Positions 8,406-18,512 of a DNA stretch of 37,075 nt are shown in pieces. The notes below the pieces were generated by a model. It did not search any database and was not told the origin of the DNA. It saw nothing but the letters and a program-made list of their open reading frames with translations. A program made the translations under genes and the position numbers. The stretch covers positions 1 through 37,075 of IMG/VR virus record IMGVR_UViG_3300036904_000092; one strand, written 5' to 3'. Every line of letters starts with the position of its first letter. Position 1 is the first letter of the stretch. This DNA is from a virus. Lineage: Duplodnaviria; Caudoviricetes.

Positions 8406-9256
8406 GCGCACTAATTCAAGGAAGCCCTGAGTGGGTTCAAATGCGTCAGTCTATGATAGGCGCGAGCGATGCAGCTGTAATTCTCGGATTAAGCAAGTGG
8501 GCTACTCCTTTTCAACTCTGGGAACAAAAGCTTGGGTTAAGAGATGTTGAAATCTCCTCTGCTATGCTTAGGGGAACAGCGATGGAGGAAGAGGCTCGTA
8601 AAGAGTTTGAAAATCTTCAAGGGGTCAATGTGTTTCCCGAGGTGGTATTTTCAAAAGTTTATCCTTGGATGATGGCAAGTCTAGATGGTATTTCTTTGGA
8701 TGGAAAAACCGTCGTAGAGATCAAATGTGTCAACAAAAGGGATCATCAAACCGCGTTAGACGGTCATGTTCCAGACCATTATTACCCTCAATGCCAGCAT
8801 CAACTCGCTGTAACGGGACTCCCCTTCATGTACTATTTTAGCTATGACGCTATGAACCCTGCTACAGTTACAGTTCTTAGGGATGACGTCTTCATTGCTG
8901 ATATGATTGCCAAAGAGAACGAGTTTTATCGCTGCATGATGGAATTCGAGCCACCCTCTCTTTGTGATAGAGATTATGTCGAAAGAGATGATGAAGAATG
9001 GAAAAAGACTGCTGATATGTATCTCTCAGCTCAAAAATCTAGGAAGATCCTTGAAGACCATGAAGAAATCTATCGAAAAGAGCTTATCCGACTTTCGGAA
9101 GGAAAGAATTCTATAGGCGGGGGAGTCAAGGCCACTCGTTTTCATCGCAAAGGAAATGTTCAATATGCTAAAGTTCCCGAATTGCAGGGGGTGAATCTAG
9201 AACCTTACAGGAAACCGCCTGTTGAAACATGGCGTATTGGGGAAGTCGATGAGTGA
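8402..9256 (+). CDS. YqaJ-like viral recombination exonuclease (lambda exo family)
   Basis: QGSPEW...IGASDA...ASLDG...VEIKC...QCQHQL motifs. Confidence 0.93.
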   Translation: MSALIQGSPEWVQMRQSMIGASDAAVILGLSKWATPFQLWEQKLGLRDVEISSAMLRGTAMEEEARKEFENLQGVNVFPEVVFSKVYPWMMASLDGISLDGKTVVEIKCVNKRDHQTALDGHVPDHYYPQCQHQLAVTGLPFMYYFSYDAMNPATVTVLRDDVFIADMIAKENEFYRCMMEFEPPSLCDRDYVERDDEEWKKTADMYLSAQKSRKILEDHEEIYRKELIRLSEGKNSIGGGVKATRFHRKGNVQYAKVPELQGVNLEPYRKPPVETWRIGEVDE

Positions 9257-9524
9257 ACAGTTATTGCTATTTCATTACGAGAAGACGGATATCGAAGAGC
9301 TTGATGAGAGTCTTACACAGGTTATAGAGAAATTAGACCGGTATCGTAAGAGTATGCACGCAAAAATTAGCACCCTTTCAAGCCAAGTGCGAACTTTAGA
9401 AGCTCGAGTAGACGTTCAAGACGCCCAACTTTACATCTTAAAAACATTTATCGATAAACATATGTCGATAAAAGAAGAAAAATTAGACATGTTTCAAGAA
9501 TCTGGATACGGACTGGATATATGA
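9222..9524 (+). CDS. Coiled-coil hypothetical protein (start probably the ATG at 9249)
   Basis: ORF track; coupled to its neighbours. Confidence 0.65.
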   Translation: MKHGVLGKSMSEQLLLFHYEKTDIEELDESLTQVIEKLDRYRKSMHAKISTLSSQVRTLEARVDVQDAQLYILKTFIDKHMSIKEEKLDMFQESGYGLDI

Positions 9525-9817
9525 AAAAGCTTATGTACGCAGTGATTTTCCTTATGTACGCAGTGGACTACGTACATAGCGCAGAAGTCAGAGAGGAACA
9601 GCTTTGGAAATACGAAACAAATGTCTATGAAGAATTTCAAACTTTTAAGGAATATTTAGATTTCAAGGCGAAAGAATCTGAGACACTCGCCACACATCCA
9701 AAACTTCCAGAAGAGCTCCCCAGTTATCCTACAATGCGTTATTTTTATTTCAAGGGGAAGTTGGCAGCCTATCAAGATTGCATCAACTGGCAAATATACG
9801 AGTCTTCGATAGATTAG
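9521..9817 (+). CDS. Hypothetical protein with signal-peptide-like N-terminus
   Basis: MKKLMYAVIFLMYAV...HSA; last gene of the plus-strand block. Confidence 0.65.
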   Translation: MKKLMYAVIFLMYAVDYVHSAEVREEQLWKYETNVYEEFQTFKEYLDFKAKESETLATHPKLPEELPSYPTMRYFYFKGKLAAYQDCINWQIYESSID

Positions 9818-10278
9818 TTTAAAGCCACCTGATTCGCATATTGATACATCTGATTTATCATAAGATAAAATTCTTGGATAGTTATGGTGACAGGCGAAGC
9901 TCTTGCTGTAAACGCAGCTGAGACAACTGAGGGGACATAGTTGATATTCATCACTGTTGTGCCTTGAGATGTTTGATTGTACGTGATGTGTTTGACACCT
10001 GCAAATGTTTCTGAGATTTGAAAATTGCTCAGTGGGAGAATATTTCTAAATTGCGCAGCCGTTGAAGGGAAATTCGTCTGAATTAGAAAGAAGAAAGCAT
10101 TCAGATATTGAAAATACAAAGCAAAGTCGCTCTTAGATAGACTGTAAGAGCTTATTGCCTGAAAAGTTAGGGCGTTGCTAGAAAATGTTATTTGATCAAC
10201 CAATGTCACGCCTGTAAAAAAACTTATCGTTTGCGTTGAACCAACGAGGTCAACAGTTGTAGTTTGTGTGAGCGCCAT
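9814..10278 (-). CDS. Virion or tail-associated protein
   Basis: Thr/Ser-rich, at the end of the tail operon. Confidence 0.55.
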   Translation of the reverse strand: MALTQTTTVDLVGSTQTISFFTGVTLVDQITFSSNALTFQAISSYSLSKSDFALYFQYLNAFFFLIQTNFPSTAAQFRNILPLSNFQISETFAGVKHITYNQTSQGTTVMNINYVPSVVSAAFTARASPVTITIQEFYLMINQMYQYANQVALN

Positions 10279-10299
10279 ATTTTACCCCTTAATTTTTGA

Positions 10300-11613
10300 T
10301 TAAACAACGCCGAATAGGCGGAAAGTACCGCTAAATGTGCTAGCATCTGACATTAAGAAACGAAGTCCGTTTACTGTTGCTGTCGTTGATGTTAGTCCTG
10401 AAAAACTCGCATTAAGGATCCCGACGGTATCTAAATAGTTTGTCTGTTTTCCATTTATCGTTTTTTGTAGCGTATTGCTGTCTAAGTTGTAGAGATTGCA
10501 CCAAAAAGTCGATGGAGCTGTAGCGTCCGTGCTGTTGTTATTGATGACCTGCAATGTAGATGCTTGACCACCCGCATTTCCTCCGGAGCTTGTGAATCCG
10601 ACAGCCGTAGTGTTTCCAGTGCTTATATAAGTAGATCCAGCATTTACCGAGAGTTGTAGAATACCCGTGTTCGTAAAAGACGAACTTCCTAATATCGAAT
10701 ATCCTTCTAGATAATAATAGGAATAACCCCCAAAACCTGTCGTGAAGTTCACCGCCGCAACACCGCTTACTGTCTGAGCCTGTAGGAGTACTTTTGAACC
10801 GGGACCAGTTGGGCCGGCTGAAGTTCCAAGCTGTTGTGTGACTGTATCAACTGTTACGAAGACGGGATTTGCTGTTGTGTTTCCATTTATTCCGCAAATA
10901 AAGGCTTTGCTAAGTTGTCCAGGGCCCGTCCCAGTCCCTTGACCGATAATCATTTGATTGCTAACGCCTATCTGACCTAATCCACTATGATTTATGTAAA
11001 TATTATTAGATTCCGACCCATTTAGGTAATAGCCTGCTTCATATCCTAAGCAACAGTTTTGAGTCCCACTTAGAAGATTATATAAATTCCTATACCCGAT
11101 TCCGACGTTATAATTTCCATTAATCATCGCCGCCATGCTGTTATTGCCTAGAGATGAATTTTGTATTCCTGTTGTAAGGCTATACATACACGCAGAACCG
11201 CAAGCAACGTTATTTACACCACTTGTTAGTCCGTTCAATACATTATCACCTATTCCAGTATTAACAGTCCCCGTAATAACTGAACCTGTGGATTGAGCGC
11301 CGATAATTGTGTTGCCATTAGAATCAGTGACGTTAAATTGTAGTGTTGTTCCTGAGCCATTGAAGGTACATGTTGTTGTTGCCGCTTCGCCTGCTTTGAT
11401 TGTAATTACACTTCCGGTTACACTCCCCGTGTCGCCGTTAATTGTTACTATTCCACTTGAGGAGGGAGTTTTAAAACTTGGCGCCACGCCTGTTCCGTTT
11501 GATGTGAGTATATCACCAGATGTACTTCCATCAATTCCAGTGAAAACTGAAACTCCATCGAAATATTGTACACCTTGCTCATTGATATTTAAACTATTTG
11601 CTGGGCCTGGCAT
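10300..11613 (-). CDS. Tail fibre or receptor-binding protein
   Basis: GDILTSNGTGVAPSF motif, repeated N-x-x-x-G beta-roll units (NTGIG, NVACG, NSSLG, NVGIG, NCCLG), and a C-terminal SGTFRLFGV. Confidence 0.8.
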   Translation of the reverse strand: MPGPANSLNINEQGVQYFDGVSVFTGIDGSTSGDILTSNGTGVAPSFKTPSSSGIVTINGDTGSVTGSVITIKAGEAATTTCTFNGSGTTLQFNVTDSNGNTIIGAQSTGSVITGTVNTGIGDNVLNGLTSGVNNVACGSACMYSLTTGIQNSSLGNNSMAAMINGNYNVGIGYRNLYNLLSGTQNCCLGYEAGYYLNGSESNNIYINHSGLGQIGVSNQMIIGQGTGTGPGQLSKAFICGINGNTTANPVFVTVDTVTQQLGTSAGPTGPGSKVLLQAQTVSGVAAVNFTTGFGGYSYYYLEGYSILGSSSFTNTGILQLSVNAGSTYISTGNTTAVGFTSSGGNAGGQASTLQVINNNSTDATAPSTFWCNLYNLDSNTLQKTINGKQTNYLDTVGILNASFSGLTSTTATVNGLRFLMSDASTFSGTFRLFGVV

Positions 11614-11622
11614 GATAAATCC

Positions 11623-12123
11623 TTATGCTAATGTCCAAGATCCAAGGGACGAGATGGCGTGCCAAGAGGTATCAGCGACACGATAGGTTAATGTTAAAGT
11701 AGATCCTTCTGCCGTGCTAGCCGCTGTGCCTGCTACACTAGATAGATCGGCTCCGATGTTGATTTGTTGTCCCGCAGCTGCTTGTACGGTGACTACAGAG
11801 GCACTATCTACATAAAGAATGATCGTGGATCCATTGACAAGGCCAGCCGTTGGAAGATTGCAGGTTAAAGTTCCTGTGCAAAAGTAACCATTCTGCGGCA
11901 TCGCTGAGAAAGTAACGGCTTCGTCTGTCCAAGGAAATCCGTCCGTAACTACACTAGCTGTTACAGTACTGCCAAAAGCCGAAAAGACTATTCCATTCCC
12001 ATTTGCAAAAGTCAAAACTCCTGCCGCCGGAACCGCAACTCCTGTTAATGGATTGGTGATAAACGATTGAGCAACACTCGGCGGTAAACTTCCCCCTGTG
12101 GCAGCTTTATAAATCTGGCTCAA
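11623..12123 (-). CDS. Virion structural or tail protein
   Basis: Small-residue-rich beta protein in the tail operon. Confidence 0.6.
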   Translation of the reverse strand: MSQIYKAATGGSLPPSVAQSFITNPLTGVAVPAAGVLTFANGNGIVFSAFGSTVTASVVTDGFPWTDEAVTFSAMPQNGYFCTGTLTCNLPTAGLVNGSTIILYVDSASVVTVQAAAGQQINIGADLSSVAGTAASTAEGSTLTLTYRVADTSWHAISSLGSWTLA

Positions 12124-12135
12124 AATAACCCCTCT

Positions 12136-12444
12136 TTACGTTTTGTTATATGTGTAAGAGATCGAGAAAAATCCTGATGCACCATTTCCATAAAATGATG
12201 TCCCTTTAGGAAAAGCCGTTAAATCTTGATCTAAAATCATAGCTTCGCCAGCTGGGAATGTGTGCCAAAGATTCGCGGCATTCGTGCCATTAATATATAA
12301 AGCTACTGAGGCCGTTCCTTGATTATCCAGAATCAATTTACATGGATTAACTGGAAGCGTACCTATCAGAATTGCGCTTCCTGTCATGGTTGCTGATATT
12401 TCTGTGCCAGGTAAACTTGCCTGATTATTCCAAAAATTTGACAT
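12136..12444 (-). CDS. Small virion protein
   Basis: Position and composition. Confidence 0.55.
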   Translation of the reverse strand: MSNFWNNQASLPGTEISATMTGSAILIGTLPVNPCKLILDNQGTASVALYINGTNAANLWHTFPAGEAMILDQDLTAFPKGTSFYGNGASGFFSISYTYNKT

Positions 12445-12446
12445 TT

Positions 12447-12668
12447 TTAACCTTGAGTTACTTCTTGTTGAAGGTCTGGTGAAACATCTGTTGTTGGCAA
12501 TACCGGGGGCGCTTGAGTCGCCTGAGCCTGTTTTCCTGCTAGAAAAGACCCAAATTGCGCATTAGATTCTATTGCATCTGCCAGAGGTGAATCTGGATCG
12601 CATACAAAAAGATAATCTTTTCCGTTGATCGTGTTTTTAAGTTGTGATTTCATCGAGAGCATCTTCAT
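12447..12668 (-). CDS. Hypothetical protein, possibly a fibre chaperone
   Basis: AGGAG Shine-Dalgarno; follows the fibre gene. Confidence 0.5.
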   Translation of the reverse strand: MKMLSMKSQLKNTINGKDYLFVCDPDSPLADAIESNAQFGSFLAGKQAQATQAPPVLPTTDVSPDLQQEVTQG

Positions 12669-12724
12669 TCTCCTGGTTTAGGTTGATTGAAAATTATCTT
12701 ATCAACCAACCTAAATTTTTTCTA

Positions 12725-14455
12725 CTATGAAAGAATCCAAACGTTGATTAAGACGTTATCACCTGCACCCAAAGCTCCAGCACCATTGTTTTTTGTATGG
12801 ACAATGATCTGGCCTGCTGATTGTGTGATTCCTAAATAACCCATTCTAGCATCATTTGTGGATGCATTAAGGTTTGCTATAGTCACAATAATTGCAGATG
12901 TAGTCAAAATCTTGCTAGATACAATAGTAAAGTCTTGCACTCCGGCTGATGCTGTCGTAAACCCCGTCCATGTGGTGCAAAGAACTCTACTATTCAGCGT
13001 AACCGTTACTGTTGCTGAAGCAGTAGATGCCGTGTCTGGGGTTACTGCAACCAAGCCGGGTGTTGTGGCGCCTGTTGCTAGAACCATTCCTCCTGTTCCT
13101 GATTGAAGGGTTAGCGAAGCTGCTCCAGTCAATGAACCTAATGTTACGACGTTTGCTGCGGCTCCATCACCGATACCAATTGTTTTCGCTCCCGTTCCAC
13201 CATGACCGATTGTAACTATTTGAACTCCTGTTCCTGGTGCAATAGCTACCGTCCCTGTTTGCAAACCTGTACCACCTACTGTAATGGTCCCTGTAGTCAT
13301 AGCTGCACCGATATTTACTGCACCCGCAACTTGAACGTTGGCTATATTTACAGTTCCCGCTCCAGCACCATTTGCTATTAGCACGCTATTCGTTCCTGAA
13401 GAAGAACCGATAGTTAAAGCCCCTGTCTGCGCGGTTCCACCTATCAAGATCGTTCCAGTGGTAAGACTTGGTCCCACTTGGAACTTAGAAGACACGACTC
13501 CATCTAAAAGCAAGTCGTGAGCAGCCGCCCCTGTTCCTACAAGCAAAGATACATTGGTTGTTGAAGTTGTATTGCCTATTACAACCACGTTTGCTGCTGC
13601 ATCATTACCTATTAAGATGCCTGTAGTGTTTGCATTACCTAAGATCTGAAGACCGCTTGCTGACGTTCCAGCATCTACTATAATAGCCCCTGACGCTCCT
13701 GAGCCACCGATGGTTGTTGTGCCTGATCCTGAAGCGTTGATAGACACGGTTCCAAGAGCTGTAAATCCTGCAAGTGTTTCTAGACCTGTGATCGTTACTC
13801 CGCCAGTTGCATTACCGATTGTAACCGCGCCTGTACCTCCAGTTCCTATTGCTGTGACAGCTGCCGTAGTCGTATTAATATTTGTAGTGCCTTGTAGAGC
13901 TGAAGTTCCTGTAACTGCTAGGTTGCCATTAGTTAAAGTCAAGTTGCCTAAAGATAGTGTTGCATTACCTGATGACACAAGAAGATTACCTGTTGTTACC
14001 GTCAAACCTGAACCAGCCGTTACTGTTGTTCCTGCTGATACTGACCCGGGAAAAGAAACGCTTCCTGGTAGTGAGATCGCGATAGAATGTGTCGCCGCAT
14101 CTCCTGTAACCACGATTTGCGATGCAGTTCCGAGTATTTGGATATTTCCACTTCCTCCTGCCGGGGAAACGACGATCGTTCCATCTGATAGGGTATTTAG
14201 AGCACCAGCTGCACCAGCTGTCACTGCTGTCCAGTTAGGAACACCTGCCGTGTTACCTGATTGAACGTAAAGATTTCCAGAACCCGCAACGCCATTCACA
14301 TTCATATCTAGACTTGAGAGCCATAAATACCCAGCGGCGTAATTCGCATCGCTTGTGTTATTTGGGTTGCGTCCTGCAACGATTAAAGGCGCCTGAGACC
14401 CGCCTTGGGGCATATCATTGTATTGGAATGGACAGGGGATCATTGGGCTAGACAT
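12725..14455 (-). CDS. Gly/Thr-rich fibre-like virion protein
   Basis: Extensive x-x-I-G beta-strand repeats (TAIGTG, VTIGNA, VTIGHG, IGIGDG); AAGGAG Shine-Dalgarno. Confidence 0.75.
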   Translation of the reverse strand: MSSPMIPCPFQYNDMPQGGSQAPLIVAGRNPNNTSDANYAAGYLWLSSLDMNVNGVAGSGNLYVQSGNTAGVPNWTAVTAGAAGALNTLSDGTIVVSPAGGSGNIQILGTASQIVVTGDAATHSIAISLPGSVSFPGSVSAGTTVTAGSGLTVTTGNLLVSSGNATLSLGNLTLTNGNLAVTGTSALQGTTNINTTTAAVTAIGTGGTGAVTIGNATGGVTITGLETLAGFTALGTVSINASGSGTTTIGGSGASGAIIVDAGTSASGLQILGNANTTGILIGNDAAANVVVIGNTTSTTNVSLLVGTGAAAHDLLLDGVVSSKFQVGPSLTTGTILIGGTAQTGALTIGSSSGTNSVLIANGAGAGTVNIANVQVAGAVNIGAAMTTGTITVGGTGLQTGTVAIAPGTGVQIVTIGHGGTGAKTIGIGDGAAANVVTLGSLTGAASLTLQSGTGGMVLATGATTPGLVAVTPDTASTASATVTVTLNSRVLCTTWTGFTTASAGVQDFTIVSSKILTTSAIIVTIANLNASTNDARMGYLGITQSAGQIIVHTKNNGAGALGAGDNVLINVWILS

Positions 14456-14557
14456 ATTGTCTCCTTTGTTGTTGATTTATCCAATATATGACATATTCAA
14501 GATTACAGAAAAATGTTGTCGATTGCGCATGTTTACACATCCTGATGGGGTTGCTCA

Positions 14558-14767
14558 ATGCAAGAGTTTTATTCGATAAAAGAATTGGCCGCCCACTTTG
14601 CTTGTCATCATACAACAATCAGAAGGGCGATCAAAAAGGGCTTCATAATAGCTCTACGACTTAGTGACTCAAAAAGAAGTCCCTATAGGATTAGCATTCG
14701 AAGCATCAACGAAATTCACGCCTCTATCATAAGAGAGCTTGCATCTAAATACAAAAAACCTCTATAA
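14558..14767 (+). CDS. Excisionase-like (HTH_17) DNA-binding protein
   Basis: FYSIKELAAHFACHHTTIRRAIKKGFIIALRL...YRI pattern. Confidence 0.8.
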   Translation: MQEFYSIKELAAHFACHHTTIRRAIKKGFIIALRLSDSKRSPYRISIRSINEIHASIIRELASKYKKPL

Positions 14768-14794
14768 ATAAGGTTAACTATAAAGAGGTATTAA

Positions 14795-14962
14795 ATGGAT
14801 ATTTTAAACTTTGTTGAAAAATTTAATTGGCAAACAATTGTAGCAGTGTTTGTTATGACATGGTATTTCACGCACGACATTAAGGTCGCAATTGAAAAAC
14901 AATCTGCTAGGACAGATAAGCTCTATGAAATGTTCGTGGATTTACTAAAGGATAGAAAATAA
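14795..14962 (+). CDS. Small TM protein (55 aa, MDILNFVEKFNWQTIVAVFVMTWYF...SARTDKLYEMFVDLLKDRK)
   Basis: Manual translation; GAGG Shine-Dalgarno; one TM helix plus an amphipathic helix. Confidence 0.75.
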   Translation: MDILNFVEKFNWQTIVAVFVMTWYFTHDIKVAIEKQSARTDKLYEMFVDLLKDRK

Positions 14963-14963
14963 A

Positions 14964-15506
14964 ATGGAAAAAGTTGAAAAGAAAATCTATGAATATATCA
15001 AAACAGAGTCTTTCTTAAAATGTTCTTTTCTAACAGAAGAGGCCAAACATGTTGTCACTCTTCATCTAAAAGACAATTTAAGTTATGTCGAGATTTCGCG
15101 AAGAATCGGAAAATCTGCGCAGATGGCTAAAGTCATTTTCACTAAAGCAATTAAAATGCTGCGATTATCTCTTAATGAAAAGCACTCAGATCTCTTAATT
15201 GAAGATAGCCTTTTAAGTAATAGAGTCAAAAATAGTTTCTTTAATGATCCAAATATTAAAACACTAAAGGATTTTGACAAACTTCCTGTCTCTAAAATTT
15301 TGAGAAGAAATCTAGGTCAAGCAAGTGTATTAGAAATACAAAAATACATTGAAGATTTAGGATTGTCTTTAGCATATCCTGAGCAAGAAACGATTTTTAT
15401 TCTTCCAAAAAACTTTAACAAAGATCTTTTTGCTGACTTTTCACCTAAGGATTTGATTCGTTGGATAAATAATCTTGGCGTCCTTTTGCAAAAAAGGATT
15501 ATATGA
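14964..15506 (+). CDS. Putative transcription factor: sigma70 region-4-like HTH plus RNAP alpha-CTD-like domain
   Basis: LTEEAKHVVTLHLKDNLSYVEISRRIGKS...KAIKMLR, then IEDSLLSNRVKN...IKTLKDF...NLGQASVLEIQKYIEDLGLSL. Confidence 0.7.
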   Translation: MEKVEKKIYEYIKTESFLKCSFLTEEAKHVVTLHLKDNLSYVEISRRIGKSAQMAKVIFTKAIKMLRLSLNEKHSDLLIEDSLLSNRVKNSFFNDPNIKTLKDFDKLPVSKILRRNLGQASVLEIQKYIEDLGLSLAYPEQETIFILPKNFNKDLFADFSPKDLIRWINNLGVLLQKRII

Positions 15507-15555
15507 CTATTTCTTAGTTTTCTTCTTAGCATGGTTCGCCAAAAAGTAGAGAATT

Positions 15556-16962
15556 TTAATAAGTTCTTGGCTTTTTGGCTTGTTTTTTTCTTTCTGCATG
15601 GCGTTCCTTTGCGGCTTTCTTGGCTAATTCCAAGGCGTCATAGATTGTTTCGTATTTATTCTTGTATTCATTGCCCTTTCCACCTCTAGAAGCCTGAAGT
15701 TTCATGATAAGTTTATGAAGAGCGGCTCCAATTGGTGAAGTTGTTCCCGCCTCCCAAGCTCCTATATAATTTTGTCCGGTTGATTTCCTTTGCGTTAGAA
15801 GGCTCGTGAGCTCTTCTACATCTTCCGGGGATATATCATCATACGCATAGAGCTTGTCGCTGCCATGAGGCTTATAAGCCAATTCATTGTTGATAGGATC
15901 ATATCCAGCCCATTCAACATTTCTAGAGACTTGCTGTCCTGATTTTTTTTCGATGCCTGAGATCAAGTCGTCGTATAGGTCTGCGAGTTCTTTTTCTGGT
16001 AAAGGAGATTCGATAAGTTCATCAACAGGCACCTTATGCTTCTTTCCATCCACATCTATAAGCGCCTGTCCATTTCGGACTTCAAGAACCTCGCCAATAC
16101 CCTGAGGAGATGCTACGGTGGATTTTTTCTCTAAAGGTCGTGATTCTTCAACCTTTGGCTCTTTTCCTGGGGAAATTTCATCTTCTTTTGGCTGTTTAGT
16201 AAGGTATTCAGCAATGACGTTCTCGAAATCTTTTCCTGCTTTCTCTTCAATATCCTTAGCAAGCTTTGGGTGAAACTTCTTAAAGAAGGCCGTAACACCC
16301 TCAGCATCGTTTCCCGACTTTATTAGCTCATCTACCTTCTTCTTTGATCCAAGGTTTTCTAACACGTTCGCTACATCTATAGTTTTTACTTCAGGTTGCG
16401 CCATATTAGCAACTGGTGTTAAATTGGTGTCAACAGGTGTTGTATTTACAGGAGGTTGTTGAGATGCTTGGTTTAGCGCTTGGTTTTGGTTTTGTGTTTG
16501 TAAAGGATTTTGTCGGAGAGAAGAAGTTTGCGCGAGCGGATTTGCTGCTTGTGTTATATTCTGTTGCATCCCTGTGGCTTGTTGTAGACCCTGACCCTCT
16601 GTTCCGATTCCTGGTGCGGCTCTTAAAGCTGTAGGGATTGCTCTGGATAAGGCATAAACCCCTCCCGTTGCTGCTGCCGTTGCACCTAATGCAAAATTTG
16701 CAGCTCCTTTTAATGAGGGATGAATTGAATGTTGAGCAGTCTTATAAAGATTTGATGATTTATTGACTTGTTCTTTTTCTGGAGCAAATCTTGCTAATTT
16801 CTTTTCATTTCTAGAGATAAAATTCAATACGTGCTCTGTAGTATGTCCCGCTTCTAATGCTGAGGTTATCTGTTGAGCAAGTTTTGGATTGGTTTCCGAT
16901 AGATATTTCAGAATTTTTTGTACGCTATAACCTGAATTTAATGCCTGTGTTATAGCTGTCAT
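15556..16962 (-). CDS. Putative internal virion (ejection) protein with KTSC-like C-terminal domain
   Basis: Third of three helical Q/A/G-rich genes; contains SRNVEWAGYDPINNELAYK...LYAYDDIS. Confidence 0.6.
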   Translation of the reverse strand: MTAITQALNSGYSVQKILKYLSETNPKLAQQITSALEAGHTTEHVLNFISRNEKKLARFAPEKEQVNKSSNLYKTAQHSIHPSLKGAANFALGATAAATGGVYALSRAIPTALRAAPGIGTEGQGLQQATGMQQNITQAANPLAQTSSLRQNPLQTQNQNQALNQASQQPPVNTTPVDTNLTPVANMAQPEVKTIDVANVLENLGSKKKVDELIKSGNDAEGVTAFFKKFHPKLAKDIEEKAGKDFENVIAEYLTKQPKEDEISPGKEPKVEESRPLEKKSTVASPQGIGEVLEVRNGQALIDVDGKKHKVPVDELIESPLPEKELADLYDDLISGIEKKSGQQVSRNVEWAGYDPINNELAYKPHGSDKLYAYDDISPEDVEELTSLLTQRKSTGQNYIGAWEAGTTSPIGAALHKLIMKLQASRGGKGNEYKNKYETIYDALELAKKAAKERHAERKKQAKKPRTY

Positions 16963-18503
16963 CTTTTTCCTCTAATGTAATTTACTAGAGAATTCCAACC
17001 TAGATTAGGTATCATCCCAAATGCTGCCAATTCTGGAGACTCTCCGAAACCACTAAAAATTTCCCATAAAGGTCTCATTCTTGGAATATTTGCCTCTTGA
17101 ACTTGACCTTTCTGAAATTCAGATAATTTTAAACCTTTATTTTGTGCTTCCGTAAGTGATTTTCGAAAGTCTTCTAAAGTTCCCCCTGAATCTAATACCA
17201 TCGCTCGGACTAGGATAAGATCATCTTTCTCACCCATCCTCATCATTCTATCTGTTAGATCAGAAACATATTTTTCATGCTGTTTTGGATATGCAGCATT
17301 ATATTTTGCATTTCCTTGAGGAGCTCCTTTGATCTGAGTATATTCTTTCGGCGCCTCTAGAGAATGAATAGAGTTTAAAAAAGGTTTACTGGTTTGGTCC
17401 CCCCATATCATCGAATGGAATTCTTCATTTCCCATGTCTTTATTGATAATCGCATCTTCTTTAACTGCATCAATCATGCCTTTTTCTACTAGTGGTTTGT
17501 AGATTTCTTTTTGATTTTCTATGTAATCTTTAACCCCATTTTCTGTATGGAAAGGAGCCATTGAGGGCACTGCATTCAAAGCATCCAATTGGTTTATGTC
17601 ATTCTGAAGAAGAGCCATTGCATTTGTGTGCATTTGTTCTGGAGTCATATTTACAGGAAGAGCCCCTGCATATTGATTATATTTGTTCTGGAGTGTTTCT
17701 TTTGTTTTAGGGAATTCTTCTCCATACTTATTCAGGTGAGGAGCGAGCCGTTGAGGTGTACCTTGTGTGAAATTATTCCATTTATCTTGGATCTGTGCCC
17801 TTTTTTCCTTATCAAATCCATATTTTGAGAGAGCTTCATTGTATTTATTTTTTATTCCTTCTCTAACCCTATCCACAACATTATTTATCACGTTTGGATT
17901 CTTGTATTTTTCCATCAGTTGATTTCTGATTCTTCCTTCTTCTTCCGGAGTCAAGTCTTGCTTTATTTCTGAGTCAAATGTAGCAATATTTCCGTATTGT
18001 GTCGCAGGATTTACTAGATCTGGTCTTACTTCGGCTAGATATTGATTGGCTATTGCGTCAATGTTATCAGCTGACTTTCCTGATACTTCTGGAGGTTGTT
18101 CACCCTGTGTTTCTTTTGCAATGGGTTGAATAACATTCTGATTGGGTGTTGGTGATCCCTCTCCTTGTGGCATAGGCTGTGGCGCTTGTGCACCATTTCC
18201 CGACGCTTCCCCTAATGCGTTTCCTAGTTGCCCTGTAGAGGCTAAGTCTGTATAAAATTTACCGAGTCCTGATCTTTCAAGGGGGGGATTTAAAGTATAC
18301 GCTCTAGCTAAAGCGGGTAAAATTTTCGAGATATCTCCGTTAGCTCCTGCGAGCGACTTTTGCAATTCATCTATCGCACCTAAGCCTCTTTGCCTTTGCA
18401 TGTGCCCTTCGACAGCACCTGGAAGGGTTTGGGATAGGTTGGAACCGATTTGCTGGCCTATAATGTCCCAGGGGGTCCTTTCGGCCGGAATGATGGATAC
18501 CAT
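16959..18503 (-). CDS. Putative ejection or DNA-transfer protein
   Basis: Helical and Gln-rich; position after the nozzle gene. Confidence 0.6.
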   Translation of the reverse strand: MVSIIPAERTPWDIIGQQIGSNLSQTLPGAVEGHMQRQRGLGAIDELQKSLAGANGDISKILPALARAYTLNPPLERSGLGKFYTDLASTGQLGNALGEASGNGAQAPQPMPQGEGSPTPNQNVIQPIAKETQGEQPPEVSGKSADNIDAIANQYLAEVRPDLVNPATQYGNIATFDSEIKQDLTPEEEGRIRNQLMEKYKNPNVINNVVDRVREGIKNKYNEALSKYGFDKEKRAQIQDKWNNFTQGTPQRLAPHLNKYGEEFPKTKETLQNKYNQYAGALPVNMTPEQMHTNAMALLQNDINQLDALNAVPSMAPFHTENGVKDYIENQKEIYKPLVEKGMIDAVKEDAIINKDMGNEEFHSMIWGDQTSKPFLNSIHSLEAPKEYTQIKGAPQGNAKYNAAYPKQHEKYVSDLTDRMMRMGEKDDLILVRAMVLDSGGTLEDFRKSLTEAQNKGLKLSEFQKGQVQEANIPRMRPLWEIFSGFGESPELAAFGMIPNLGWNSLVNYIRGKR

Positions 18504-18512
18504 AAGTTACTC

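Noticed and set aside
9530-9565. 15-bp tandem repeat CTTATGTACGCAGTG
   Set aside because: It is a short in-frame duplication in a signal-peptide-like region, with no sign of a wider system.
12858-14264. Plus-strand ORFs opposite the fibre genes (also 11309-11686 and similar shadow ORFs elsewhere)
   Set aside because: These are antisense shadows caused by the Gly/Thr/Ala codon bias of real minus-strand genes.
10300-14455. Diversity-generating retroelement or invertible fibre switch
   Set aside because: I saw no reverse transcriptase, invertase or template/variable repeat pair.
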